A stretch of DNA of 64,000 nucleotides from Chloroflexota bacterium (lineage in GTDB: Bacteria > Chloroflexota > UBA11872 > VXOZ01). Under the pieces are notes generated by a model. It was not told the origin of the DNA. It worked only from the letters and a program-made list of their open reading frames with translations, and did no database searches. Below, piece by piece: positions 10,154-21,434 of the stretch (its first letter is position 1; every line of letters starts with the position of its first letter). The stretch covers positions 96,001-160,000 of the forward strand of contig CAXXVD010000004.1 of NCBI GenBank assembly GCA_963662335.2, given 5' to 3'. The translations under genes were made by a program, and so were the position numbers.

Positions 10154-12109
10154 TTACCCTTTGCTTAATTGAACTGCCGCCAGCGCCTGCGGGTTATCGA
10201 GCTTGGATACGTCCCCCAGCGGCTCCCCCTCATACGCCCGCTTGATCAAGCCACGCGGAATCTTTGCCGCCAGATTCTTGGGCAGCGCCTCCACAAAGTA
10301 GACTTCGTCAGGCCGACCCGCTCTATCGTAGGCCGTGCCCACGTGTTCGCGCAGCGCCTGAACGAGGGCATCCGCCGCAAGCGGGGCGGGCGGACTCTCC
10401 ACCACCACGAAGCAGACGACGCGCTGACCCAGTTCCGGATCGCGCGGCCCAATCGCCGCAGCCTCGTTCACGCGCGGCGGACCCGGAAAGCCAAGCAAGG
10501 CCTGCTCGATCTTACCGGGATCGTGGTTGATGCCGCCGCGCAGGATGAGGTCGTCGCTGCGGCCCAGAATGTACCACATGCCGTCCGTGTCGACCTCCAC
10601 CCGGTCGGCGTGGAGCCACAGGTTCGGCCCGTGCGGAAAGTACGTCTCCAGGTACCGCGCGGGTTCGTCCAGGAACCCGCGCGTCATGGATGGGAACGGC
10701 TGCCGGCACGCCAGGTGCCCCGGTCCGCTGGTGACCGCTCTCCCCGCGTCGTCTACGATGGCCAGATCCATGCCGAGACCCGGGCCGCCCAGGGTTCCCG
10801 GCTTGAGCGGCATCACCGGCAGCGGTGAAAGCAGACAGCCGATGACCTCGGTGCCGCCGGAGATGTTCATGATTGGGCAGCGGCTCCGGCCAAAAGTCGT
10901 GAAGAACCACGACCACGTTTCGCTATCGAGAATCTCGCCGGTGGAGCCGAGAATGCGCAAGGACGAAAGGTCGTGCGCGCTGAAGTCTTCGTCCAAAGCG
11001 GCGAGTTGCCGCAGCGCCGTCGGCACGAAGCCAAAAACCGTGATGCCGTGCTTCTCGATCAACTCGAAGACCCGGTGGGGCGTGGGATAGAGGTGCGTGC
11101 CTTCGTAGAGCACGACCGTGCCGCCGAAGAAGAGCACGCCGATAAGCTCCCACGGGGCCATCATCCACCCAAAGTTGGTAAACCAGCAGAAGCGGTCTCG
11201 GCTGCGACAGTCGAAGGCGTAGCCTACCTCTTTCACGGTTTGCGCCAGCGCGCCGCCGTGCGTGTGCACGATGGCTTTCGACGTGCCGGTGGTGCCGGAG
11301 GAGAACAGGATGAGGCTCGGGTGTTCCGCGTCCACCGCCAGCGTACGGCAGAGCGCTTGCGCGCCGCCGTGCGCAACGAAATCCGACCACCACATGGCCT
11401 TGTGCGGTAGACTACCGGACACGCCGCGCCGGGGGATGAGCACCACGCGCTCCACCGTAGGCGCGTCCTGGCTAACGGCGCGGAGCGTCGGCGCGCAATC
11501 GGTCCACTTGCCGCCGCGCGGATAGGCGTCGGCCATGAAGAGCAGCCGCGCGCGTCCCCGGTTGAGGCATTCAACCACCTCGCGCGGCACGGCGCGGGCG
11601 GCGACTTGCATGCAGACCGCGCCGATCTTCAGCGCCGCGAACATGACTGCTACCGCTTCCGGCGAGATCGGCGCGCAGAGGCCAACCACGTCTCCGGCAG
11701 CGATACCCATGCGCCGCATGGCGGCCGCGACTGCGCCGACGCTCGCGGAGAGTTCTCCGTACGTGACCGCGCGTGCCTCCCCATCATCGCTTTCCCAGAT
11801 GAGGGCCAACTCCGCGCCGCGTCCGTCGCGCACGTGCCGGTCGATGCAGTTGTGGGTGATGTTGAGCCTGCCGCCGGGGAACCACTTCGTCCACGGCATG
11901 CCGTTGGAATCGTCGTAGACGGCGTCATAGGGTGTCGTCCACTCGACGCCCAGGTGACGCAGCGCCGCGTCCCAGAACCACGCAATATCCTGCCGCGACC
12001 TTTCGAGCAATGCCTGCCAGGTTGGAATGTCGTGGCGCTCCATGAAGTCGCGCACGCGCGAATGCGCAAGATAGTCGCCATACGGCTCCCAGGCAAAGCC
12101 CCGGCCCAT
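10154..12109 (-). CDS. Acetate/acyl-CoA ligase (AMP-binding)
   Basis: WFPGGRLNITHNCIDRH, FSSGTTGTSK, GSTGE, SGGTE, GRSDD. Start moved to MGRGFAWEP after GAGGA. Confidence 0.9.
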   Translation of the reverse strand: MGRGFAWEPYGDYLAHSRVRDFMERHDIPTWQALLERSRQDIAWFWDAALRHLGVEWTTPYDAVYDDSNGMPWTKWFPGGRLNITHNCIDRHVRDGRGAELALIWESDDGEARAVTYGELSASVGAVAAAMRRMGIAAGDVVGLCAPISPEAVAVMFAALKIGAVCMQVAARAVPREVVECLNRGRARLLFMADAYPRGGKWTDCAPTLRAVSQDAPTVERVVLIPRRGVSGSLPHKAMWWSDFVAHGGAQALCRTLAVDAEHPSLILFSSGTTGTSKAIVHTHGGALAQTVKEVGYAFDCRSRDRFCWFTNFGWMMAPWELIGVLFFGGTVVLYEGTHLYPTPHRVFELIEKHGITVFGFVPTALRQLAALDEDFSAHDLSSLRILGSTGEILDSETWSWFFTTFGRSRCPIMNISGGTEVIGCLLSPLPVMPLKPGTLGGPGLGMDLAIVDDAGRAVTSGPGHLACRQPFPSMTRGFLDEPARYLETYFPHGPNLWLHADRVEVDTDGMWYILGRSDDLILRGGINHDPGKIEQALLGFPGPPRVNEAAAIGPRDPELGQRVVCFVVVESPPAPLAADALVQALREHVGTAYDRAGRPDEVYFVEALPKNLAAKIPRGLIKRAYEGEPLGDVSKLDNPQALAAVQLSKG

Positions 12110-12340
12110 AGTGGTTTCCTCAGGTACGCTGCGGTCGCATGCGGAATGGCCCGCTTGCCAAGCGTGACATACGCTCCCGAATACTGGCATGATAGTATCA
12201 GATTAGGGCTGAAGCGGCGGCGCTCCTCCTTCCCACACGGTCACCGGCACGGCGGCGCTGGGTTGCGCTCACGCGCGCGAGAACGGGTCTCCACGCCGGC
12301 AGACGCGGTCGTGTCGTCCCTCAGCGAGGCACAATGCACG

Positions 12341-14362
12341 ATGAGCCTGGGAATTCAGACAACTGCGTACGCGCACTGGTTCTTCGCAAGCGCCGCCGCG
12401 CTGCCCGCGGCCGAGCTTAGCGCGCTGATCGAGACGCTCGACGACGCGCCGGAACCCTATACGGCGCTCGGCCTGAACGCCGCGATAGACGCTCTTCCCG
12501 ACGCAGCCGCCGTGACTGACGCGCTACAGACGTTCGGCGAACGGACCGCGCTGCTCGCGGCGCACTGCGCCGAGCGAAATGCGGTAACGTTGCTTGCACT
12601 CACGCAAACGGTCAATAGCGCGTTGCTCGCACGTTTGCGAGAGTTCGCGCCGGCGGCGCGCCATGCCGGCGCAAGCCGGAATGCGGCGGATGAAGAGTCT
12701 ACGGTTGCGATGCTGCGGGCGCGCGTGGGTCATCTTCTCACGATCCAGCGCGTCAATAACGTCGCCAATTCGACGCTGGACTTGGAGCAGGTGCTGGACT
12801 TGACCGTGCAGGCCGTGAATGAAGCGCTCCAACTCGACGATTGCAGCATCTACCTGTTCGATGAGAGGCTGGATCGTCTCACGCTGCGCGCGACGACCGG
12901 CCTCAACCCTGACGCCGTCGGTCGCGTCTCTCTCAATCTGGGCGAAGGCGTTACCGGCTGGGCGGCGCAGCACGGCGAGCCAGTGGCGCTGGAGAACGCG
13001 TGGGAAGACCCGCGATTCTTGCACGTTCCGGATCTCATGGAAGAATCCCTTAGCGGCATGCTCTCGGTCCCCATCATCCTCTTTACGGTGAACAAGCTCC
13101 TTGGCGTGCTCAACGTGCAGACACGCCTACCGCGGCAGTTCTCGGACGAGGAGATTGGCTTTGTGGAGACGGTCTGCGGGCAAGTTGCCATTGCCATTGA
13201 CAATGCCCGGCTCTACGAACAGACCGACGAGAAGCTGCGGGAGAAGGTGAGCCAACTCACGACTCTACAGCGCGTGTGGGCCTCCATTGCTTCCAGCCTC
13301 GACCTCAATCAGGTGCTCGAGATGATTGCGCGCCACGCGGCGGAGCTTTCCAGCGCCGACAAGGCCGCAATCTTCCAGGTGGACGAAGAAGCGCAGAACC
13401 TCATGATCGTCGCGGGCTACAACCTCAGCGAGCAGTACAAGACGATGCGCGTTGCCGTGGGCGAAGGCGCGGTCGGCCGTTCCGTGGCGGAACGCACACC
13501 GGTGCGCGTGGAGGACGCGTTGGCTGATCCGGTGCTGGCAACGGTCTATCCGCAGATTGCGGCGGAGGGCATTCGCTCCATGTTCTGCGTGCCGCTCTTA
13601 TTTCAGGAGCGGGTACTGGGCGGAATCAGCGTGTACACGCGGGAGCGCCACGAGTTCAGCGAAGAGCAAATCCAACTCGTCTCCACCTTTGCCCACGATG
13701 CCGCGCTGGCAATCGAGAATGCGCGATTGTATCAGGAAGCGCAACGCGCCTTGGCCGCGCAGGCGGTGCTCATGCGCGAGTTGAATCATCGTGTCAAGAA
13801 CAACCTGCAAACCGTGGCGTCGCTGCTCTCTTTGCAGATGCGGCGGGCGGAATCCGCGGAAGCCGCCGCGCTCCTGGGACTCAGCGCGACCCGCGTCGAG
13901 AGCATTGCCGCGGTTCATGAATTGCTATCGGACGGGGACATCGGCTTGGCGACAATAGAAGAGATTGCCCAGCGCATCATGGAGATCGAGGTCAACGATT
14001 TGGCGCCGCCAAACCAGCGCATAGACTTCGCGGTCGCGCCCGCGCCGATAAAGCTCGACTCCAAGCGCGCCACGCTCTTCGCGCTGGTTCTGAATGAGCT
14101 TGTCTCGAACTCTGTGACGCACGGACTTGCCGGTCAAGTCGCCGGGCACATTCGCATGACCGCCAAGCAGGAGAAGGGCGCGGTCACGGTAGACGTGTGG
14201 GACAGTGGCAAGGGCCTGCCCCCCGGCTTTTCTTTGAAGAACCACGCCGGGCTTGGCCTGAGCATCATCGAGCAACTGGTGACCCATGAGCTATCCGGGG
14301 CCTTTCAAATCGAGAACGCGCCAAGCGGCGGCACGAACGCGCGGGTCACGTTCCGCGCCTAG
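12341..14362 (+). CDS. Soluble GAF-GAF histidine kinase (HisKA_2, PdtaS-like)
   Basis: Two GAF domains (GEGVTGW, GEGAVGR), RELNHRVKNNLQTVASLL, NELVSNS, DSGKG. The upstream part of ORF 11606 overlaps the ligase and is not used. Confidence 0.9.
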   Translation: MSLGIQTTAYAHWFFASAAALPAAELSALIETLDDAPEPYTALGLNAAIDALPDAAAVTDALQTFGERTALLAAHCAERNAVTLLALTQTVNSALLARLREFAPAARHAGASRNAADEESTVAMLRARVGHLLTIQRVNNVANSTLDLEQVLDLTVQAVNEALQLDDCSIYLFDERLDRLTLRATTGLNPDAVGRVSLNLGEGVTGWAAQHGEPVALENAWEDPRFLHVPDLMEESLSGMLSVPIILFTVNKLLGVLNVQTRLPRQFSDEEIGFVETVCGQVAIAIDNARLYEQTDEKLREKVSQLTTLQRVWASIASSLDLNQVLEMIARHAAELSSADKAAIFQVDEEAQNLMIVAGYNLSEQYKTMRVAVGEGAVGRSVAERTPVRVEDALADPVLATVYPQIAAEGIRSMFCVPLLFQERVLGGISVYTRERHEFSEEQIQLVSTFAHDAALAIENARLYQEAQRALAAQAVLMRELNHRVKNNLQTVASLLSLQMRRAESAEAAALLGLSATRVESIAAVHELLSDGDIGLATIEEIAQRIMEIEVNDLAPPNQRIDFAVAPAPIKLDSKRATLFALVLNELVSNSVTHGLAGQVAGHIRMTAKQEKGAVTVDVWDSGKGLPPGFSLKNHAGLGLSIIEQLVTHELSGAFQIENAPSGGTNARVTFRA

Positions 14363-14467
14363 CCCGGTAGCCGCGTTGGCAGGCCGTTTGACCGGCGTCC
14401 GCGCACGTTCGCGTCCAGGAGCATCCGCAGCGCACTTGCGATACGGGGAACGCGCTTGGAGGCGGAG

Positions 14468-15346
14468 ATGGAGTTGACGATTCTCGGGTGCGGCACGCCC
14501 GGTTTGAGCGCCACTCAATATGGCTCAGCGTATGTGGTGAGCGTGGGCGCGGAGCGCCTGCTGTTCGACTGCGGCCCGGCAACCACGTACAAGCTGCTCA
14601 AAATGGGCATGGCGCCGGCGGAGATCGGCTACCTCTTCTTCACGCACCACCACTACGACCACAACGCGGACTACGCCGGTTTTCTGCTCTCACGCTGGGA
14701 CACCGGCTACGGTCAGGTGGCGCAGTTGCGGGTCTACGGCCCCACGTACACCGAGCAGTTTACGGCGCGGCTCATCGACCCCGACACCGGCGCCTTTGCG
14801 CCCGACATTCGCGCGCGCATTAAGCACCCGGTGAGCGCGCGCGGCTTCCAACAGCGCGGCGGGATTCTGCCGCGCCGGCCGCCGACGGTATCCGTTCAGG
14901 ACGTTGCGCCAGGTGTTGTCTGTCGCGGCGACGACTGGGAAGTAACCTGCGCCGCCACCCGGCACGTGCAGCCCTGGCTCGAGTCTCTCGCCTATCGCTT
15001 GAATAGCAACGAGGGTTCCATCGTCTTCACCGGCGACGCCGGTCCCGGTGAGAGCCTGATAGAGTTGGCGAGAGGCGCCGATACCCTGGTGGCAATGTGC
15101 CACAAGACCCGGTCGGAGGTGCGAGAAGAGGAGCGCGACTCCAATCTCGGCACGCTCACCGCCGGCCAGGTAGCGCAAGCGGCAGGCGTCAAGCGTCTAG
15201 CGCTCGTACACCACACCCACGCCATTGGCGCGGAAACGCTGGGCGTGCCGCGACCGGGACAGGCCGAGCGCGTCATAGCCGAGGTGGCCAGCGCATTCGA
15301 TGGCGAGATTATCCTGGGGAGAGAGTTCTCGCGCATACCGCTCTAG
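14468..15346 (+). CDS. MBL-fold metallohydrolase (RNase Z/AtsA-like)
   Basis: ILGCGTP, LFDCG, THHHYDH, VFTGD, LALVHH. Confidence 0.88.
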   Translation: MELTILGCGTPGLSATQYGSAYVVSVGAERLLFDCGPATTYKLLKMGMAPAEIGYLFFTHHHYDHNADYAGFLLSRWDTGYGQVAQLRVYGPTYTEQFTARLIDPDTGAFAPDIRARIKHPVSARGFQQRGGILPRRPPTVSVQDVAPGVVCRGDDWEVTCAATRHVQPWLESLAYRLNSNEGSIVFTGDAGPGESLIELARGADTLVAMCHKTRSEVREEERDSNLGTLTAGQVAQAAGVKRLALVHHTHAIGAETLGVPRPGQAERVIAEVASAFDGEIILGREFSRIPL

Positions 15347-15355
15347 GCGTTGCGC

Positions 15356-16138
15356 CTACGCGCCCGCGGCCGCGGCGATCGCTTGGCGCAGGTCTGTGCA
15401 GGCCCGGTAGAAGATGTTGGTATCGCACGAGACGGAGACCATCTGCACGCCGCGCTGCGCCCACTTTGCCGCATCCTCCGGCGTGTTCACAAACGTGCCA
15501 ACAACCTTGCCGTGCTGCGTACAGAGAGCAACCGCCCGCTCGATCACATCCACGACCTGTGGATGTCCGGTCTGGCCGGGCACGCCCAGCGACTGGGAGA
15601 GGTCGTACGGCCCGATGAAGATCGAATCGTAACCGGGCACGGCGGCGATAGCCTCCAGATTGTCCACGCCGCGCGTACCTTCCACCTGGAGCACGACGGC
15701 CTGGTTCTCGTTGCAGGTCGTGAAGAAGCCCTCCGCGCCCAGCGCGCCATACTGACCGCCGCGCAAGAAGACGTGCACGCCGCGCTCGCCGTCGGGCGCG
15801 AACCGCGCGGCTGCCACCGCGGCCGCGGCCTCCTCGGCGCTGGAAACGAACGGCACCTGCACTCCGGACGCGCCGCAGTCAAGCGCGGGACCGATCAGCC
15901 AGGAGGCCAGCGTGGGAATGCGCACCAGCGAGGCGATGCCAAAGTGATCGCAGGCGCTCACCAAGTGAACGAGACTCTCGGCGTTGATGTGCCCATGTTC
16001 CTGATCAAGTATTACAAAGTCGAAGCCCGCAATGGCGAGAGTCTCCACGTGCGAGATCGTCGGCGCGTCCACAAAGACGCCAAATAGGGTTTCGTTGCGC
16101 GCAATCCTGCGCCGCAGGCCAATTTGCTCAAGGGTCAC
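15356..16138 (-). CDS. HpcH/HpaI aldolase family protein
   Basis: GFDFVILDQEHG, ALDCGASGVQVP, QVE, FIGPYDLSQSLG. Confidence 0.92.
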   Translation of the reverse strand: MTLEQIGLRRRIARNETLFGVFVDAPTISHVETLAIAGFDFVILDQEHGHINAESLVHLVSACDHFGIASLVRIPTLASWLIGPALDCGASGVQVPFVSSAEEAAAAVAAARFAPDGERGVHVFLRGGQYGALGAEGFFTTCNENQAVVLQVEGTRGVDNLEAIAAVPGYDSIFIGPYDLSQSLGVPGQTGHPQVVDVIERAVALCTQHGKVVGTFVNTPEDAAKWAQRGVQMVSVSCDTNIFYRACTDLRQAIAAAAGA

Positions 16139-16343
16139 AATGCCGCTCCTTAGGGAAGATTCTCAGCTTGTCTTCAGGATAGTGGCTACAATAGAGCTAG
16201 GCAAGCCGAACGCTGCCGCGCCCAGGTGCGGTCTCGCGCGGCGCCGTGGCTAGCGCGGCCACCGGCAGCGAGCGCGGCGCGCGCAGCGTGTATACTGAAA
16301 CAAGAGTCTCGTGTAGCGGATCGAGAAGGGTGAAGGCACACAC

Positions 16344-17288
<945 letters not shown>

Positions 17289-17355
17289 GGTCGTCTCCGC
17301 ATACTCCCACACACGTTCATTGCTTCACAGGATCATGCATTCTGAAAGGATCACG

Positions 17356-17982
17356 ATGGAAGTCATCACCGCGCAGCCGCTTAACGAACAGAGTTCTCAC
17401 GTTGACAACTGGCGCCACCTCACTGTTGACGGGTATGCACTACGTCTGGCGGAAGCAGAGCAGGATTGGGGATGGTTCGCACTAGCAGCCACGCCGCGCG
17501 GCGTCTGTGCCGCCACGTTCGGACACGACAACTTCCTGGAAGCGGGCAAGACATTGGAAGCGACTTGGCAGGCAGGCAACTTCCCCGCGGAGACGGTCGG
17601 CGCGAGCGCCGGCGCCGGCGCGGAGGAGATAGTCGAAACCGCAGTGCGTGAACTGCTCGCGTTCTTTGCGGGCCGGGGCACGAGCTTTGGCGTGCCGCTC
17701 GCCGTAGCCGGCACGCCGTTCCAGCGAGCGGTGTGGGAAGAGACGCGCACGCTCCGGTACGGCGAACTCGCAACCTACCGGGACATCGCCGCGCGCATTG
17801 GACGCCCGCAGGCGTACCGGGCGGTCGGCAACGCTCTGGGGCAGAATCCGCTGCCGGTTATCGTGCCGTGCCATCGCGTGATCGCCAGCGACGGCAGCTT
17901 TGGCGGTTACACGCGGGGTCTTCCCTGGAAGGAGCGGCTGCTCGAGTTGGAAGACTCTCTTGCTTCCGTGCGCGTGAAATAG
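17356..17982 (+). CDS. ogt: Methylated-DNA--protein-cysteine S-methyltransferase
   Basis: GTPFQRAVW, YRAVGNALGQNP, VPCHRVI. Confidence 0.92.
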   Translation: MEVITAQPLNEQSSHVDNWRHLTVDGYALRLAEAEQDWGWFALAATPRGVCAATFGHDNFLEAGKTLEATWQAGNFPAETVGASAGAGAEEIVETAVRELLAFFAGRGTSFGVPLAVAGTPFQRAVWEETRTLRYGELATYRDIAARIGRPQAYRAVGNALGQNPLPVIVPCHRVIASDGSFGGYTRGLPWKERLLELEDSLASVRVK

Positions 17983-18097
17983 CCGTGCACGAAAGCGCGG
18001 ACGTTGCTTGAGCAACATCCGGTACAACTGCCGACCCAACGCGGAATCTGCGCTTAACGCAAGAAACAGGGGACAAGCCCATTATTGTCGCATTAAC

Positions 18098-18212
18098 GTA
18101 GCGCGGGGGCTTGTCCCCCGCCGGAGCCATTGAAACTGACATGCAGGAGATTGACCTAACAGCTTCGCAGAGCCTGCCCCGCACGTGATACGGGGTTGCA
18201 AACCTGCGCTAC
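18098..18212. repeat. Inward-facing pair of GTAG-type REP elements
   Basis: GTAGCGCGGGGGCTTGTCCCCCGC at 18098-18121 (+). Related GTAGCGCAGGTTTGCAACCCCG at 18191-18212 (-). Confidence 0.75.
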
Positions 18213-18251
18213 CGGAGATTCCAGCGGCCAACATTCATTGAGCGCATGTGG

Positions 18252-18611
18252 TCAACCTGCGAAAGAACCGGAATCATCTCTTTGGGTCAGCGCGTTTCGT
18301 CCTTCCGCTTCGGCGTGCGCGTGACCGAACATGTCGTCGTTATAGAACCCCACTTCCCGGCCCGTGAACACAGTCACCATCAGGTCCTCGCGCGGGGCCT
18401 CCGCCGAGAGCACCAGGCGCTCGTCAATTTCCTCGATGACGGCAAACTGCTCGTGTTCGGTCAGGTCCTCGAAGAGGATCAACGTGCAGTAGACGACCGC
18501 GTGCGCAAAGTGCAGTTCAACCTGCGCCAGCCGCGCGCCGTTCCTGAGCGCGCGATAGCCCTCCGAAGAAGGCGTGCGGTACTGCCGCTCGAAAACCAGC
18601 GCCGCGGCCAT
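18252..18611 (-). CDS. Hypothetical acidic protein downstream of nadC
   Basis: Starts 3 bp after the nadC stop and is preceded by GAAGGA. No family recognised. Confidence 0.7.
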   Translation of the reverse strand: MAAALVFERQYRTPSSEGYRALRNGARLAQVELHFAHAVVYCTLILFEDLTEHEQFAVIEEIDERLVLSAEAPREDLMVTVFTGREVGFYNDDMFGHAHAEAEGRNALTQRDDSGSFAG

Positions 18612-18614
18612 GCT

Positions 18615-19469
18615 CTATCCTTCTATATCCAGGCTGATGTCCAATGCCGCCGCCGAGTGCGTGAGCATACCCACCGAGATGAGGTCTACGCCGCTGCGCG
18701 CGGCATCTTTCACCGTTTCTAGCGTAATGTTCCCGGAAGCCTCCGTAAAGGCTCTGCCCCTCACCATGCCTACGGCTTCCATCATAGTCTCAGGCGGCAT
18801 GTTGTCGAGCAAGATGCCGTCCGCGCCGGCGTCTAGCGCCTCCGCCACCTGCTCCAACGTCTTTGCCTCAATTTCAACTTTGAGCAGGTGATGAACGGAT
18901 GCCCTGGCTCTCTCTACGGCATTGGCGATAGAGCCGCAGGCGGCAATGTGGTTATCCTTGATGAGCACGCCGTCGAAGAGGCCGATCCGGTGGTTGCGGC
19001 CGCCGCCCACGCGGACGGCATACTTTTCGAAGAGCCGCAGCCCTGGCGTCGTCTTGCGCGTATCGACTATTTGCGCGCCCGTGCCCGCTACGGCGTCAAC
19101 GAACGCGCGGGTAAGCGAGGCAACGCCGGAAAGGTGTCTGACCACGTTCAGCGCCACGCGCTCACCGGTGAGAATCGCCTGCAACGGTCCCGTGACCCGC
19201 AGGAACTGCGCACCCGGCGTGAGCGCGTCGCCGTCAGCGAGCAGCGGGGTCGTCTGCACGCTGGCGTCCAACAGCGTGAAGACCCGCGCGGCAATCGCGC
19301 CGCCCGCCAGCACGCCCGCCTGCTTGGCGTGCGCGACTGCCGTGCCCTGCCGGTCGGAAGGGATGAGCGCCAGGGTTGTCACGTCGCCCGCGCCCACGTC
19401 CTCCTCGAGAGCGCGCCGCAGGAGAGCGTCAACGACGTCAAGCGAGAAAGGCACGGCGGGCGTTGTCAT
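18615..19469 (-). CDS. nadC: Quinolinate phosphoribosyltransferase
   Basis: ALEEDVGAGDVTT, TGERVALN, DTRKTTPG, NHRIGL, LIKDNH, ILLDNM, EASGNIT. Confidence 0.97.
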   Translation of the reverse strand: MTTPAVPFSLDVVDALLRRALEEDVGAGDVTTLALIPSDRQGTAVAHAKQAGVLAGGAIAARVFTLLDASVQTTPLLADGDALTPGAQFLRVTGPLQAILTGERVALNVVRHLSGVASLTRAFVDAVAGTGAQIVDTRKTTPGLRLFEKYAVRVGGGRNHRIGLFDGVLIKDNHIAACGSIANAVERARASVHHLLKVEIEAKTLEQVAEALDAGADGILLDNMPPETMMEAVGMVRGRAFTEASGNITLETVKDAARSGVDLISVGMLTHSAAALDISLDIEG

Positions 19470-19516
19470 GAGCGGCTCCCGCTCACTGCTCTGCCGTGGG
19501 TATGCTCGCGCATGAT

Positions 19517-21133
19517 TCAGCTCTTCCGCGCCGGGGTATAGTCGCCGTTCTTCTCCTGATAGATAACCACGCGATGCCGCCACGCGTCGCCGGATTCGGG
19601 AAAATCTTCCCGGAAGTGCGCGCCCCGGCTCTCGGTGCGCGCGCGCGCCGCAACGGTCAACAGCAGTCCCAGCGCCAGCGCCGAGCGGTACTCGTGGCGG
19701 CGGCGCGTCGCCCCGGCCGGCGCGCGCGCCAGCCAATCCCGCAACTGCTCTTCCGCCGCCGCCAAGCGCCGCTCGTCGCGCGCGATGCCTGCATTGTGCC
19801 ACATCAGTCGTTTGAGCGCAGGCATCGCGCCGCCGGCGCGCTTGCGCCCCGCGGCCGGCGGCGGCAGTGGCAGGGAAAGGCGTGTGTCCGCCGCCAGCGC
19901 GGGCTCCTGCTCTCGCGGCGGCGCGTATTCGGACAGGGGCAGTCCCTGAGAGTCCAGCACGATACGCCGCGCGAAGACCAGGGCTTCCAGCAACGAATTG
20001 CTCGCCAGGCGGTTGGCTCCGTGCACGCCGGTGCAGGCCACTTCGCCGCAGGCGTAGAGGCCGGGCACCGCGGTCCGTCCACGCGCGTCCGTGCGCACTC
20101 CGCCCGTCATATAGTGGGCCGCCGGCGCGACGGGAACGAGGTCGCGCGTTATGTCGAGGCCGTACTTTTGGCAGCGAGCATGGATCGTGGGGAAGTGCGT
20201 CCGCGTCTCGGCCGCGTCCAAGTGCCGCAGATCCAGGTAGACGCAGTTGTCTTCGACAAGGTCGCCGCCGCGCGTACGCGCCATTTCGCGCGCGGCGGCG
20301 CGCGCCACCACGTCGCGCGGCGCCAATTCGGCACGTGCGTGGTAGCGGGGCATGAAGCGTTCGCCACGGCTGTTCCGCAAGTACGCCCCCGCGCCGCGCA
20401 CCGCTTCGGAGATCAGGAACGACGGCGCGCCGGCGGTGCGCAACGCGGTGGGGTGAAACTGAAAGAACTCCAGGTCCGCAATGCCCGCGCCGGCCGCAAA
20501 CGCCAGCGCCACGCCGTCACCCGTCGCAATGCCGGGATTCGTGGTGTAGGCAAAGAGTTGACCGGCGCCGCCGGAGCAGAGAATCACGTTGCGGGAGCGA
20601 AACGCGCGGAACGCGCCCGCGCGCTCGTCCAGCGCCTCGACCCCCACGCAGCGCCCGCCCTGCACCAGGAGTTTCGTTGCCAGGTGGCCTTCGCGAATCG
20701 TCACGGCCGAGCGGCGCGTGTGCCGCGAAAGCGCGCCTTCGATCTCAGCGCCGGTAGCGTCGCCGCGCGCGTGGAGCACCCGCGGCACCGAGTGTGCTCC
20801 TTCTTTCGCCAGGGTGATCTCGCCATGCAATGTGTCGAAGTGCACGCCGAGCGTCATCAGTTCGCGCACGCACGCGGGGCCCTCGGAGACCAGAATCATC
20901 ACGGCGCCGGGGTCGCACAACCCGGCGCCGGCCACCATCGTATCTTGCCAGTGCAGCGCGGGACTATCTTCCGCGGCCACCGCGGCCGCGACGCCGCCCT
21001 GGGCGTAGCGGGTGTTCGACTGCGAGAGGCGGCCCTTCGTCAAAATCAGCACGGAGCCATACTGCCGCGCATAATGCGCCGCGTAGAGTCCCGCAATCCC
21101 GCTGCCAATGACGATATAGTCGTACGTGATCAT
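19517..21133 (-). CDS. nadB: L-aspartate oxidase
   Basis: IGSGIAGL, YAQGGVAA, EGAHS, QFHPT, ISEAVRG, HGANRLASNSLLE, ESRGAHFR. Adjacent to nadC. Confidence 0.96.
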   Translation of the reverse strand: MITYDYIVIGSGIAGLYAAHYARQYGSVLILTKGRLSQSNTRYAQGGVAAAVAAEDSPALHWQDTMVAGAGLCDPGAVMILVSEGPACVRELMTLGVHFDTLHGEITLAKEGAHSVPRVLHARGDATGAEIEGALSRHTRRSAVTIREGHLATKLLVQGGRCVGVEALDERAGAFRAFRSRNVILCSGGAGQLFAYTTNPGIATGDGVALAFAAGAGIADLEFFQFHPTALRTAGAPSFLISEAVRGAGAYLRNSRGERFMPRYHARAELAPRDVVARAAAREMARTRGGDLVEDNCVYLDLRHLDAAETRTHFPTIHARCQKYGLDITRDLVPVAPAAHYMTGGVRTDARGRTAVPGLYACGEVACTGVHGANRLASNSLLEALVFARRIVLDSQGLPLSEYAPPREQEPALAADTRLSLPLPPPAAGRKRAGGAMPALKRLMWHNAGIARDERRLAAAEEQLRDWLARAPAGATRRRHEYRSALALGLLLTVAARARTESRGAHFREDFPESGDAWRHRVVIYQEKNGDYTPARKS

Positions 21134-21434
21134 GGCCTCTCCCACAATGACCGCCGGCGGGCCGCGATGTCTGTAGGATACTTGACCACGATGCCGCTCT
21201 CAACTGCGCCCGTTTACAGTCCATTACGTGAGCGTTATACTTGAATTGGGGAACGTGCGCCGCTCAGCAGGGCGCCGTGAAGTTCCCTCATGAGAATCGC
21301 ACACTTTGAGCGGTACGTGGGAAGGGAGAACCTCGCCCCCCACGCCGGGCGTGAACGCCTCGCGCCAGCCGGCGGAGGAGCAATGGAAACGTCCGCCCTG
21401 AGCTTGTCAATGGGGGTCTACGGGCTACGCAATC

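Noticed and set aside
11606-12340. N-terminal extension of the 918-aa kinase ORF
   Set aside because: It overlaps the acyl-CoA ligase on the opposite strand and reads like antisense shadow sequence.
19496-21244. Long antisense ORFs (this 582-aa ORF, also 37148..38713, 31427..32740, 48552..49805 and others)
   Set aside because: Shadow ORFs opposite well-supported genes, expected in GC-rich DNA, with no recognisable motifs.
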